DNA of 64,000 nucleotides, from contig JAWACY010000001.1 of NCBI GenBank assembly GCA_038896535.1, positions 192,001-256,000 of the forward strand, given 5' to 3'. The notes under the pieces were generated by a model that had not been told where the DNA came from, did not search any database, and worked only from the letters and a program-made list of their open reading frames with translations. The first letter of the stretch is position 1. Every line of letters starts with the position of its first letter. Origin of the DNA: Candidatus Anstonellales archaeon. Its GTDB lineage: Archaea > Micrarchaeota > Micrarchaeia > Anstonellales > J096. Shown piece after piece: positions 1 to 9,683 of this stretch. The translations under genes and the position numbers were made by a program.

Positions 1-2
1 TA

Positions 3-194
3 GCACTTGCTTTAATAGGGCTTTTTATTATTAAATCGCAATTTGGCCTTGTTTTTGCACATATAAATGCAATGCTGGCATTATTTAATTTAATTCCATT
101 TGGCCCACTTGATGGTTTTAAAATTTTTTCAATAAATAAAATATTATGGTTTATAACAACTTTGATAGCCCTGATAGTGTTTTTGGCAATATAA
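3..194 (+). CDS. Site-2 protease (M50 family) membrane metalloprotease, 5'-truncated by the window edge
   Basis: Manual translation from nt 3 gives ...HINAMLALFNLIPFGPLDGFKIF...LAI* (NLxPxxPLDG motif); stop TAA at 192-194. Confidence 0.85.
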   Translation, partial: ALALIGLFIIKSQFGLVFAHINAMLALFNLIPFGPLDGFKIFSINKILWFITTLIALIVFLAI

Positions 195-760
195 AAAATG
201 ATTCGTTTCTGGCAAAAGGAGCAGAAGCAGTTGTATATAAGGAAATTTGGAATGGCATTTTAACAATAGTCAAAAAACGATTTCCAAAACCTTATAGGCA
301 ATATGCATTTGATAAAAAAATAAGGGAGCAAAGAACAAAGGCAGAAGCAAATGCTATTGCTAAAGCAGGAATGTATGTAAATGTGCCAAAAATATATGAG
401 GTAAAGAGCGATACAATAAGAATGGCATTTGTTGAAGGGGAACATGCAAAAATAAATGAAGAGCATGCATTTGCTCTTGGCTCAATGCTGTTCAGTATTC
501 ATAAAGCGAATATTGTACATAATGACTTCACTGTTGCAAATGTATTAATTAAAGGGAATGAGTTCTATGCAATAGATTTTGGCCTTGCTTTCCATAGCTT
601 GAGAATTGAGGATAAAGCAAGCGATCTTTATTGTACTTATGCAAGTTTTGGGAAATACGGCAAATATGTTTTAGATGGCTATAATGAAAGAAGCAATAAC
701 AAAGCAGATGAAATAATATCAAGGTTAGAGCATATAAGGAAGAGAATGAGATATGCTTAA
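146..760 (+). CDS. bud32: KEOPS complex kinase Bud32 (stand-alone); start uncertain
   Basis: GAEA loop, VKKRFPKPYR, HNDFTVAN, IDFGL, EDKASD and C-terminal RMRY. Confidence 0.88.
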   Translation: MVYNNFDSPDSVFGNIKNDSFLAKGAEAVVYKEIWNGILTIVKKRFPKPYRQYAFDKKIREQRTKAEANAIAKAGMYVNVPKIYEVKSDTIRMAFVEGEHAKINEEHAFALGSMLFSIHKANIVHNDFTVANVLIKGNEFYAIDFGLAFHSLRIEDKASDLYCTYASFGKYGKYVLDGYNERSNNKADEIISRLEHIRKRMRYA

Positions 761-2097
761 ATTAACTTTCTGCTTTTACCATATTGATATAATTTAAATA
801 ATGCCCTTACTGCTTGTTCTGGGTATGCAAAAGCAGCAATATTGCTTGCAAGCATTGATTTTCTTATCTGCTCTTCTATATTACCACCGGGCACGCATAT
901 TGCTATTGGTTTTTTTGCCAATGCTCTTATTTTTTCTATTATGCTATTGTTAATTGTAGGGGGTTGCATCAATATATTTATTGCGACCATATCTATGTTT
1001 TTATCTTCCATCATTGCATTTATTGCTTGCTCATATCTCTCTATGTTTGCATCTGCAACTATATCAAGAGGGTTTGTAATATTAACATAATATGGCATGA
1101 CCTTTCTTAAAGTATTTTTTGTTTCTATGCTTAGCTCTGGCACATTAAGCCCTAGTTTAACAGCTTCATCAGTTGCCATAACTCCAAGCCCACCACCATT
1201 TGTTATTATGCCTATGTTATTGCCTTTTGGTATTTTTTCGCTTATAATAATTTTTGTCATATTAAACATTTCTTCAAAATCATTAACTTCTATGGCCCCA
1301 GTTTTTTTGAATACAGCCCTATAGCTTGTGTAATCTCCTGCCATAGCCCCTGTATGTGTTTTTGCTGCTTCTTTTGCCTTTCCTTCTTTTCCTGTTTTTA
1401 ATACTATAACAGGTTTCTTTTTTGATGCATTCGCCAAGCTTTTTATTAGCCTCTTTCCATCTCTTGTTCCCTCTAAATATAATAGGATTAATTTTACTTC
1501 TTTGTTATCTGCATAAAAATCAAGAAAATCACATTCATTTAGGAAATAGGCATTCCCATATGATATAAAACTATGAATACCAATATTGTTTTTTGCAGCA
1601 AGGCCAAGGATAATGCTACCAACTCCACCGCTTTGGCTTATTATAGCTATTTTTCCCTGTCTTGGCCTCTCTAATTTTGCATAAGGAAAGAATATTGTAT
1701 CAAACATGCTTTTGCTTGAAAATACGCCGAGGCAATTAGGCCCCACTATGCTCAATCCACATCCATGCTTTAATAAGCTTTTTTCTGCTTCCTTATTTCC
1801 TGTTTCTCCAAAGCCACCAGATATTATAATGATATGCTTTGCTTTTTTCTTTATGCTCTTTATTATTTCCCCCACTGTTTCAGATGGCGTTACAATAACA
1901 GCAACATCAACATCAGGCATGTTATTTGTATTATAACATTTAATACCAAACAGCTCATCATATTTTGGATTTACTGGATATATTTTTCCTGAAAATCCGT
2001 TTTGCATGAGATTTAATAATATTGTTGCCCCAAGCTTCTCTGGATTTGAAGAAGCTCCAATAATAGCAACGCTTTTTGGATTTAGCAATAGGTTCAT
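757..2097 (-). CDS. acdA: Acetate/acyl-CoA ligase (ADP-forming), alpha subunit
   Basis: PKSVAIIGAS, GPNCLG, SQSGG, AAKTHTGAMAG (phospho-His), TNGGG, NPLD. Confidence 0.93.
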   Translation of the reverse strand: MNLLLNPKSVAIIGASSNPEKLGATILLNLMQNGFSGKIYPVNPKYDELFGIKCYNTNNMPDVDVAVIVTPSETVGEIIKSIKKKAKHIIIISGGFGETGNKEAEKSLLKHGCGLSIVGPNCLGVFSSKSMFDTIFFPYAKLERPRQGKIAIISQSGGVGSIILGLAAKNNIGIHSFISYGNAYFLNECDFLDFYADNKEVKLILLYLEGTRDGKRLIKSLANASKKKPVIVLKTGKEGKAKEAAKTHTGAMAGDYTSYRAVFKKTGAIEVNDFEEMFNMTKIIISEKIPKGNNIGIITNGGGLGVMATDEAVKLGLNVPELSIETKNTLRKVMPYYVNITNPLDIVADANIERYEQAINAMMEDKNIDMVAINILMQPPTINNSIIEKIRALAKKPIAICVPGGNIEEQIRKSMLASNIAAFAYPEQAVRALFKLYQYGKSRKLI

Positions 2098-2684
2098 TTT
2101 ATCAACCTAGCATCTATTATTATGCATTCTTTTTCAAGTTTAAAAGGATTTATGTCCATTTCCTTTATGTTTTTCTCCACAGCAATCTTTGATAATTTAA
2201 CTAAGAAATTTATCAGCGCATCTTTATTGAATGTTTTGCCTCTTTTATTAAGCAGTTTTCCAACTTTTAACTCATTTATCATTTCCTCAGCTTCTTCCTT
2301 ATTTATTGGGCAGAGCCTTGTCTCAATTTCTTTAAAAATTTCTATGTATATGCCACCCAATCCAAAAAGCAATATTGTTCCAAAGCTATCATCATATTTT
2401 ATTCCTGCATAAAGTTCAATTCCTTCCTTTATCTGTTTTTGCACCATAACTTCCCTGCCTTTGAATTTATTTTCAAAATAATGCCATGCAGCACCAAGCA
2501 TTTTATCAGTATATATATCTAATATTACCCCTCCAATATCTGTTTTATGCTCTTCTGATGATAATTTCATAACAACAGGATAGCCAATTTTATTAGCATA
2601 GCCAACAGCATCGTCGAAAGATTTAACTATTTTATAAGGCGAGACATGAAAACCAGCACGTTCTAAAAAAGCCAGAGAGCGCAT
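2094..2684 (-). CDS. acdB: Acetate/acyl-CoA ligase (ADP-forming), beta subunit (ATP-grasp)
   Basis: GYPVVMK, HKTDIGGV, FGLGGIYIE, EMDINP, IIDAR; overlaps the alpha gene by 4 nt. Confidence 0.92.
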   Translation of the reverse strand: MRSLAFLERAGFHVSPYKIVKSFDDAVGYANKIGYPVVMKLSSEEHKTDIGGVILDIYTDKMLGAAWHYFENKFKGREVMVQKQIKEGIELYAGIKYDDSFGTILLFGLGGIYIEIFKEIETRLCPINKEEAEEMINELKVGKLLNKRGKTFNKDALINFLVKLSKIAVEKNIKEMDINPFKLEKECIIIDARLIK

Positions 2685-2714
2685 AAACCATTAACCTTTT
2701 ATTTTTTTAAATTT

Positions 2715-3389
2715 TTATCCTTGCCCTGCTGCAGATGATTTATTCAATTCCTCTTCAAGTAATTTACTATCACATAAATTTCCTTTTACTTCGAATACTG
2801 AATTATCAAGATTTGTTATTTCACATTTTATATCAACCTGCTGATCTTGTGATGCTGATTGCTGGCTTGAAGATAATGATAGTTTTAAAGAAGTAAATAG
2901 GTCAGAATATGGTTTTATGTTCTCTATTTTATAGAAATAATCGCAGTTCTTTAATTTTTCTGGAAGCTCTTTCATAAGAAGTAAAAATGTATCTCTTGAT
3001 GTGTAAACACTATAAGATGAAGAGTTAATCAATAATAAAAATTTCATTTTAGCAGTAAGAATTTCAGTTGATGTTGCAAATTTTTCCTCGCCGTTATCTT
3101 TGTCATAATTGTAGTACATCATTACATTCATACTTCCACCAAATGAGCCGCTTTTTAAATTTACCTGACATTTTATCATATCTGTTTTATTTAATTCTTC
3201 TTTTTTCATGGCATTTATTTGCTCTAATGTTAAAGATTTTCCAGATGTTTGATTCTTTTGTTCATTTCCTTGTGTTTGTTTTACTTGCTGACTCTGCTTT
3301 TGCTGTTGGGATTGCGTTGTGCAGCCTAGGATAAAAGCAAATAAAAGTAAAAGAGCAAAAACAAAAATAATGTTTTTTCTCATAAGCAA
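2715..3389 (-). CDS. Hypothetical lipoprotein
   Basis: Basic N-terminus, hydrophobic stretch, ILGC lipobox-like motif, Gln-rich linker. Confidence 0.7.
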   Translation of the reverse strand: MLMRKNIIFVFALLLLFAFILGCTTQSQQQKQSQQVKQTQGNEQKNQTSGKSLTLEQINAMKKEELNKTDMIKCQVNLKSGSFGGSMNVMMYYNYDKDNGEEKFATSTEILTAKMKFLLLINSSSYSVYTSRDTFLLLMKELPEKLKNCDYFYKIENIKPYSDLFTSLKLSLSSSQQSASQDQQVDIKCEITNLDNSVFEVKGNLCDSKLLEEELNKSSAAGQG

Positions 3390-3462
3390 ATTTCAATATA
3401 AAGGTTTATAAGTATATTGATGCTGCTTTCTTTATATTTGCCAATTTTATGTTCATTTTATA

Positions 3463-3933
3463 TCATTCCTTTATGTAATCTCTATACTTATCTGTTATGA
3501 ATAGCTGCGTTTGTTTTTTATCTTTTTTCTCAATTATGAAGCCCCTTTTAACCAGCTCTTTAATATTATTATAAATGCTTGGCCCAAGCTTCTTTGCAAG
3601 AAAACTTTTTGCTATGCCAGGCCTTTTTTCTATTATTGCAAGCAGCGATAACTCTTTTTTACTCAATTCTCTTGAATGCGTGAGTTTTTTTGCTATGTCC
3701 AAGAAATTATCTTTTATTGTCATAACATAATGATTGCCCCTCCTTATTATTGTTAAAGCAGACCCAGAATTTTGATATTCATTCATTAATTCATTTAATG
3801 CTTGCTCTACATCTTCCCTTTTTGCCTTTGCTCTTTTTGCTATTTCATCAATACTTACTTCATCAGCAGAAAGAAAAAGGATTATTTCTACAATATTTTT
3901 TAACATAATATCAACCTCAAGCAACTTTGTCAA
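3463..3933 (-). CDS. scpB: Segregation and condensation protein B
   Basis: IVEIILFLS...ELMNEY...ELSKKELSLLAII winged-helix pattern; adjacent to scpA. Confidence 0.85.
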   Translation of the reverse strand: MTKLLEVDIMLKNIVEIILFLSADEVSIDEIAKRAKAKREDVEQALNELMNEYQNSGSALTIIRRGNHYVMTIKDNFLDIAKKLTHSRELSKKELSLLAIIEKRPGIAKSFLAKKLGPSIYNNIKELVKRGFIIEKKDKKQTQLFITDKYRDYIKE

Positions 3934-4598
3934 CTTTGCTGGCTATTCGTTTCTAAAATGCTTATCTCAATATCAGAAAATGGTTCATGTTGCTCAAATA
4001 AAACTTTCTCTTCATTAGCAAGAAATAATATATATCCAAGATTTTTAACAACTGCATCTGCCTTTTTTTCTGTTATGCTAAAAAATGTTGTTTTCTTTTT
4101 TTCTTTTATTATTCTGTATAGCTCATCCATCTCTTTTTTTATGTCTTCATTATTGAGCTCAAAAAATGTATTTGTTTCATTGCTTATCACATCTTTTTTT
4201 TCTTTTATTTCCTCAATTTTTTTTAGCATTTTATCAATGTAATTAATTATATCATTTATGCTTAAAGGTAATTTTGGCCTGTTTTTTCTTATTATGAATC
4301 TTTCATTCTCTTTTATCTCAATGCTTGGTAGTTGCTCTTCCTGTTTTTCTTCTTCTATATTCAAACGTATAGCTTTCAATTTAAGTAAAACTGCCATTGC
4401 AAGAATAATATTTGATGGCAAATAAAACCCTTTTTCAGAAGCATTTTCAATAGTTTTTTTGAAGTAATCAACAAGCTTTATGATATCAACATTCCATGGA
4501 TCAAGTTCATTTTTCAATACCAGATTTAGCAATACTGCTCTCCAGTTGTCTTCAAGCAGCAATTTTTCCAAATATTCAGGGGAAAACTGGCCTTGCAT
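3930..4598 (-). CDS. scpA: Segregation and condensation protein A (kleisin)
   Basis: ELDPWNVDIIKL, AVLLKLKA, ILFLANEEKV..EQHEPFSDIEI. Confidence 0.9.
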   Translation of the reverse strand: MQGQFSPEYLEKLLLEDNWRAVLLNLVLKNELDPWNVDIIKLVDYFKKTIENASEKGFYLPSNIILAMAVLLKLKAIRLNIEEEKQEEQLPSIEIKENERFIIRKNRPKLPLSINDIINYIDKMLKKIEEIKEKKDVISNETNTFFELNNEDIKKEMDELYRIIKEKKKTTFFSITEKKADAVVKNLGYILFLANEEKVLFEQHEPFSDIEISILETNSQQS

Positions 4599-4664
4599 AT
4601 AAAAACATATATTGAAGTTCTTTAAAAACTTTGCTTGTTTTGATTTAATTTTTTATATGCTCAA

Positions 4665-4877
4665 TCATTCTATGCTGTGTATATATTCATTTCTCTTATA
4701 TTTTTTTCTTAGCTCTGCTTTTGTCCAGCAGTCTTTGCATATATTTATCTTATAAATTGCTTTGTCATTGATGTGTTTTGATGCCTTTAAGCATTTTATA
4801 CATATTACCCTTGCACAGTAATTGCAGAAATAAAGGTTCCAATGCATTTTGTTGCATCTTTTACATTTTGCGAGCAT
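4665..4877 (-). CDS. Small Cys-rich zinc-finger protein
   Basis: Four CxxC pairs (CKRC, CNYC, CIKC, CKDC); likely start at ATG 4877 rather than 4934. Confidence 0.65.
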   Translation of the reverse strand: MLAKCKRCNKMHWNLYFCNYCARVICIKCLKASKHINDKAIYKINICKDCWTKAELRKKYKRNEYIHSIE

Positions 4878-4945
4878 AAAATAAAGATTAAACAAAGGTT
4901 TTTTAAAATAAGCGCAATATAGCATAAAAAACAAAAAAGAAAAAT

Positions 4946-5908
4946 TTAATCCTCTATGCCATCTGCTGTTACTTTAAATACCACTTCTCTTTCTGGAAGA
5001 TTTGGTGAATCAACTAATCTGGCTATTCTTTTTTCCTCTTTGCCTTTTCTTAAATAAACTCTATATGTAGCAGCATGAGCCAAGACATGCCCGCCTATTG
5101 GTATTGTTGGATCTCCAAACATTATGCCAGGATTGTCCATAACTTGGTTGGTGAAATAAACAGCAATATTATATTTATCAGCAAGCCTTTGCAATGAATG
5201 AACATGCCTGTTAAGCTTTTGCTGCCTTTCCCCTAAGCTTCCTCTGCCAACATAATCTGCTCTAAAATGACTTGTCAATGAATCAACAATAACAAGCTTT
5301 ATATTCTCCTTTTTTGCAAGGTTTTCTAACTTTTCTGCAAGCAATATTTGGTGATCGCTGTTTTCTGCTTTCATTACATATATGTTTTCTAGCACTTTAT
5401 TTGGGTCTAAATTCTTTGCTTCTGCCATTTGCTTTATTCTTTCTGGTCTAAATGTGCTTTCAGTATCTATAAATGCAACTTTTCCATCAAGCCCGCCCTT
5501 ATCTGTTGGTAGTTGAACATTAACACATAGTTGGAATCCAACTTGGCTTTTACCAGAGCTAAATTTACCAAAGAACTCTGTTAATGCTTGTGTTTCAATT
5601 CCCCCTCCTAAAAGCTCATCAAGCTTTTTTGATCCTGTTGTTATCCTATTTACTGCAACCCTTTTTTCCAATATCTGCAGGCCAGTTTCAAAATTCACCT
5701 CAACAGCTTCTTTTGCTGCGTCTATAATTTTTTTTGCTTGCTCAGGCCTTATATCTATTGCTTCTGCCAATTCATGATAACTCCATGTTGCAAGCTCTTC
5801 AACTTCCGTTATGCCAGCTTGCTTTAGTTTTTCTGCTGTTGCTTCGCCAACTCCTGGCAGATCTTCTATTGACTTTATAACCTTATATTTCTCTTTATCT
5901 TCTGCCAT
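4946..5908 (-). CDS. radA: DNA repair and recombination protein RadA
   Basis: N-terminal HhH (EDLPGVG), Walker [39 protein letters not shown] upstream of ATG 5908. Confidence 0.97.
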   Translation of the reverse strand: MAEDKEKYKVIKSIEDLPGVGEATAEKLKQAGITEVEELATWSYHELAEAIDIRPEQAKKIIDAAKEAVEVNFETGLQILEKRVAVNRITTGSKKLDELLGGGIETQALTEFFGKFSSGKSQVGFQLCVNVQLPTDKGGLDGKVAFIDTESTFRPERIKQMAEAKNLDPNKVLENIYVMKAENSDHQILLAEKLENLAKKENIKLVIVDSLTSHFRADYVGRGSLGERQQKLNRHVHSLQRLADKYNIAVYFTNQVMDNPGIMFGDPTIPIGGHVLAHAATYRVYLRKGKEEKRIARLVDSPNLPEREVVFKVTADGIED

Positions 5909-5953
5909 TTTTACCACCATTGCATTTTTTATCACTTTATTGGCCCTTTATTA

Positions 5954-6208
5954 CTACTTTGGCGTATTAGGAAAGACTAAAAGCCTCAACTCACCAATTT
6001 TCAGTATATAATAAGACTTGCCATCCTTTGACTCTGCCTTCCACATGGCCCCAACGCTTCTCAATACTTTTTTTCCATATGCATCTGTTTCTGGTTGCAA
6101 AACCCTGTAATCCGGCTTTCTTTTTTCTTTTGCACTTTCTTGCCCCTCAGTTTCTTTTTGCATGTCACTAATTCCAATTTTATTTTCAATTTCTTCATAT
6201 TCATCCAT
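5954..6208 (-). CDS. Small DUF736-like hypothetical protein
   Basis: KPDYRV...VGAMWKAESKDGKSYYILKI resembles the DUF736 pattern as I recall it (PDYRV..IGAAW..S..G..Y); GGTGA SD upstream. Confidence 0.6.
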   Translation of the reverse strand: MDEYEEIENKIGISDMQKETEGQESAKEKRKPDYRVLQPETDAYGKKVLRSVGAMWKAESKDGKSYYILKIGELRLLVFPNTPK

Positions 6209-6682
6209 TTTTTCACCCGGCCTTCCCCTAGGCCAATAATATATTGAAGCAACGTTTTTTAAAGCTTCTTATTATAATATTATAAGCTTATATTAGCTAT
6301 TATATTATATATATTAATAATTATTATCTTATACTTATAATAAAAAACAATAACAAACTAATAAAACTAATAACAATAACAAACATAACAAACGACCCAA
6401 AAATAACAAACGACCCAAACAATCGGCCAATGATCAACCATCAAATGCAACCATCAAAAGGCGAACACTAACCAAGCAGCTAAAACAAAAACAAAAAACA
6501 AGCAAATAAACAAAGCCAAGATTTGTTATAATGGGTATTGTTATACTGACTTTATAATGGCAGTATTGTTATAATAGGTATTAATTTATGTCATGGCATG
6601 TTCAAATGTGTGCGAAAGCAAAAATGCAAAGATAGAAAAAAGAAGGAAAAGTTTAAATTATCTAATAATCATATATTATTTC
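6209..6682. promoter_or_regulatory. Longest intergenic region in the window: divergent promoters, AT-rich tract, A/C-skewed tract and short repeats
   Basis: AACAAACGACCCAAA x2 (~6387-6419), CAACCATCAAA x2, TTGTTATA x3; flanked by divergent genes. Confidence 0.55.
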
Positions 6683-6994
6683 ATGGCAGAAGAGGTTTTT
6701 TTTATACCTTCAAGTAAATATGCAAAGGCAAAGGCATTATTAGAGCAAAATCCTTATGAAGAACAAAGTTTTTCAAGAGTTGGCTATAAAATCAGAGAAG
6801 CAAAATCAATAGGCTTGAATGCAGATGGATACTTTTTATATATAAAGGCAAGCGACGATTTTATTAAATTTGCAAGAGATAAACTTAAGGAGGTTTTAGG
6901 AAGTATTGATAAAGACATGCTTGAAAAGGCAAAGCAAGAGATAGAAAAAGAAGAGCAAGATGCGATATCTGGATTTGGTTCATTATTTGGATGA
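6683..6994 (+). CDS. Conserved-looking hypothetical protein
   Basis: ATG 6683 about 25 nt after TTTAAAT; MAEEVFF...GFGSLFG with natural composition. Confidence 0.75.
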   Translation: MAEEVFFIPSSKYAKAKALLEQNPYEEQSFSRVGYKIREAKSIGLNADGYFLYIKASDDFIKFARDKLKEVLGSIDKDMLEKAKQEIEKEEQDAISGFGSLFG

Positions 6995-6998
6995 GCAC

Positions 6999-7505
6999 AT
7001 GGCAATAAAAAGCAGAGGCATTCCATCAAAAGAGGCTTTCTGGCTGCCAGCATTTTATAGCAATGATATAAGGCAGTTTCAAGATGAAAACGAGAATTTG
7101 ACAAGGAGCATATGGAAGTTAGATGAAATATTGAATTTTATATTCCCAAGAAAATATCAAGAAACTTATTATAATGTTGCTTTAGCATTTATGAATTATC
7201 TTTTCTCTTTTTACGGCCATGTTGAATCAAAGCAGATAGCAGAATTTGTTAAGAACAATAAAATATCAAAAGCAACATTCTACAACAGGGTTTTACCAAG
7301 GTTAAAAAGGCTTGGGCTTATAAGAATAAGGAGAGAAACAGAATTAGGAGCAAATAAAAAGTATAGACGCATGAGGATAGAGATAAGCAAGACATTTGGC
7401 AATTACTTGTTAAAAATTGCGAATAGCTGGCTGGCTCATGTTGATGATATAAAAGAGCAAAGGCAAATGAATGCAAAAAAAGAACAAGCTGATCAGGGCC
7501 TGTAG
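6999..7505 (+). CDS. Hypothetical winged-helix DNA-binding protein
   Basis: SKQIAEFVKNNKISKATFYNRVLPRLKRLGLIRIR HTH plus wing pattern; stop codon lies inside tRNA-Val. Confidence 0.65.
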   Translation: MAIKSRGIPSKEAFWLPAFYSNDIRQFQDENENLTRSIWKLDEILNFIFPRKYQETYYNVALAFMNYLFSFYGHVESKQIAEFVKNNKISKATFYNRVLPRLKRLGLIRIRRETELGANKKYRRMRIEISKTFGNYLLKIANSWLAHVDDIKEQRQMNAKKEQADQGL

Positions 7506-7568
7506 TCGAGGGGCTAAGACGCCTCCTTCACACGGAGGAGATCCCAGGTTCAAATCCTGGCAGGCCCA
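7496..7568 (+). tRNA. tRNA-Val(CAC)
   Basis: GGGCCTG/CAGGCCC acceptor stem, CCTCC-TTCACAC-GGAGG anticodon arm, CCAGG-TTCAAAT-CCTGG T arm; no intron, no encoded CCA. Confidence 0.96.
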
Positions 7569-7570
7569 TA

Positions 7571-8458
7571 CTAAATTTTCTTTATTTTTGCTATGAAAAA
7601 CCCCTCGCTATTAACATGCCATGGATATATCCTTTTCACATAATCACTGCATATAAATCCATGCTCCCCTTTTTCGCATTTTACTGGCAATGAAAAATGC
7701 ATTGGCTTGGCATTTTCCCTTTTCTCAATTAGAGAATCTATAACGCCCTCATTCTCTTCTGTTGTTATTGTGCATGTACTATAAACAAGCTCGCCATTTG
7801 TTTTCAGCGCATCAAAACAGGATAATATCATTGCCTTTTGTATTCTTGCCATTGCCTTAACATGTCTTTCATTTGCCCTTCTTATTGCATAAAGAGAGCT
7901 GCCAAAACTTGAGCATGGCGCATCAAGTAATATATTATCAAAGTAATTATTGTTGAATGGCAAATGCCTCGAATCAGCTTTTATTATGCAAGTATTCATA
8001 ACTCCAAGCCTGTCAAGGTTAGAAACAAGCAATGATATTCTTTCATAAGTTTTTTCTATTGAATATATGCCTGCCTTATTCTCCTTTATTGCAGCTATTT
8101 GGCTTGTTTTGCTTCCTGGCGAAGATGCAGCATCAAGAAAAATTCCCATGTAATTATTAAATGCTAATACTGGCATCATTGAGCTGAAACTTTGTGGGTG
8201 TATGAAGCCAAGAAAATATGACAATGTTTTTCCTATTTTTTCCTTTCCTTTATACAAAAATCCATACTTATAAGATGTTTTTTCATAATCAAAATCTGCA
8301 ATATCAAAAAATTCCTTTATACTCGTTTTTATTGTATTAACCCTAAAATATGTTCCCTGCTCTAACAATGAAGTTATAAAATGCACAGCATCAAAGCCAA
8401 ACCTTTCTGCTAATGATGAGAAGAAATTACTAAATTTCAATTCTTTCAGATATTTCAC
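7571..8458 (-). CDS. RsmB/NOP2-family RNA m5C methyltransferase
   Basis: DAASSPGSKT, ILLDAPCS, LVYSTCT..EENE, EGFFIA. Confidence 0.93.
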   Translation of the reverse strand: MKYLKELKFSNFFSSLAERFGFDAVHFITSLLEQGTYFRVNTIKTSIKEFFDIADFDYEKTSYKYGFLYKGKEKIGKTLSYFLGFIHPQSFSSMMPVLAFNNYMGIFLDAASSPGSKTSQIAAIKENKAGIYSIEKTYERISLLVSNLDRLGVMNTCIIKADSRHLPFNNNYFDNILLDAPCSSFGSSLYAIRRANERHVKAMARIQKAMILSCFDALKTNGELVYSTCTITTEENEGVIDSLIEKRENAKPMHFSLPVKCEKGEHGFICSDYVKRIYPWHVNSEGFFIAKIKKI

Positions 8459-9635
8459 CCGCTATATTTGTATTCATAATTTCATCTATTTTTTCATGCC
8501 TTTTTTCTCTTTTCATTGCCCATGACAACTTAACAAATGCAGTTTCTGGGGTCATGTCATTAATATTGCCTCTAACCCCTATTTCTTGTAATTCTCTACC
8601 AGTGCTATAAACATTCATATTCACTCTCCCATATATCGTTTGTGTTGTCATGTAAATAAATATGCCAGAGTCGATAAGCTCTTTAAGCACTTTTTTGAGC
8701 GATGTTGAAATATGGCCAAGCCCTGCGCCTGCAATTACTATGCCATCATAATCAGATAATTTCTTCAAGAATGATTCTTTCATTCCAGGATAATAATAAA
8801 TAAGAGCAACATTATCATTAAACCCATTATGCAATTCAAGCTTTTCATGTTTTATTGGTTGCAATAGCCATTTGGCATAGTTGCTTTTATAATCAACTTC
8901 AGCTAGATGGCTTATATTTATGCTTTTAAATGCATCCCTTCTGCTTGAATGCATTTTTCTAACCTTTGTTCCTCTGTGCAAATAGCATAATGTATCATTC
9001 AATGAAGCATGCATGCATATACATGCTTCTCCAAAATCGAGTTTTGAAGCATAAACTGCATTCAATAAATTTAACTTATTATCACTGCTCGGCCTATCAG
9101 AACTTCTCTGAGCACCAACTAGGATTAGGGGCTTATTAAGTCTTAATGCAAAAGATAATGCGGCTGAAGTGTAATGCATTGTATCAGTGCCATGTAAGAG
9201 GATAATGCCTTCATAATCCTTCATATAATCATAAACACTTTCTGCTATGCTTTCCCAATGCCATGGCTGCATATCCTCGCTGAATATGTTAAAAAGCTGG
9301 TATACATCAACATCTTTAAGTTCAAACTGGTCTTTAAGCTCCTTTGCAGTTATTTTTGGGTAAACTGCTCCTGTATTGTAATCGACCTTTGACGCTATTG
9401 TACCACCTATGCCTATTATAGCAATATCATTTTTCTCTTCCATTTTTTTCTCATGCTCTTTTTCTTCTTTCACTTGTTCATCAATATCAATTAATTCAAT
9501 TATGTCTAAATCAGATTTTTTTATCCCTATGTTATAGCCATTGCTAAGTTTTATTACATATATACCTTCATATGGGGATTGCAGCATTATTCCCTCTATG
9601 TTTTTTCCTTTCCATCTTGCCTTTATTTTCTTCAC
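8430..9635 (-). CDS. gatD: Glutamyl-tRNA(Gln) amidotransferase subunit D
   Basis: IKLSNGYNIG, GGTIASKVDY, HGTDT, GAQRSSDRPSSD, KMHSSRRDAF; probable GTG start at 9635. Confidence 0.95.
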   Translation of the reverse strand: MKKIKARWKGKNIEGIMLQSPYEGIYVIKLSNGYNIGIKKSDLDIIELIDIDEQVKEEKEHEKKMEEKNDIAIIGIGGTIASKVDYNTGAVYPKITAKELKDQFELKDVDVYQLFNIFSEDMQPWHWESIAESVYDYMKDYEGIILLHGTDTMHYTSAALSFALRLNKPLILVGAQRSSDRPSSDNKLNLLNAVYASKLDFGEACICMHASLNDTLCYLHRGTKVRKMHSSRRDAFKSINISHLAEVDYKSNYAKWLLQPIKHEKLELHNGFNDNVALIYYYPGMKESFLKKLSDYDGIVIAGAGLGHISTSLKKVLKELIDSGIFIYMTTQTIYGRVNMNVYSTGRELQEIGVRGNINDMTPETAFVKLSWAMKREKRHEKIDEIMNTNIAGEISERIEI

Positions 9636-9683
9636 AAAACATATTATGCAAAAAGTTTTAAAGTACATTACTAATTTAGTAAT

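Noticed and set aside
6209..6682. Firm call as oriC
   Set aside because: No ORB consensus or adjacent cdc6/orc1; kept only as a low-confidence finding
6593..6682. N-terminal extensions in the ORF track (6593, 9668, 12788, 29387, 31314 and others)
   Set aside because: The extensions cross promoter-like AT tracts or neighbouring genes; downstream starts with SD or TATA context fit better
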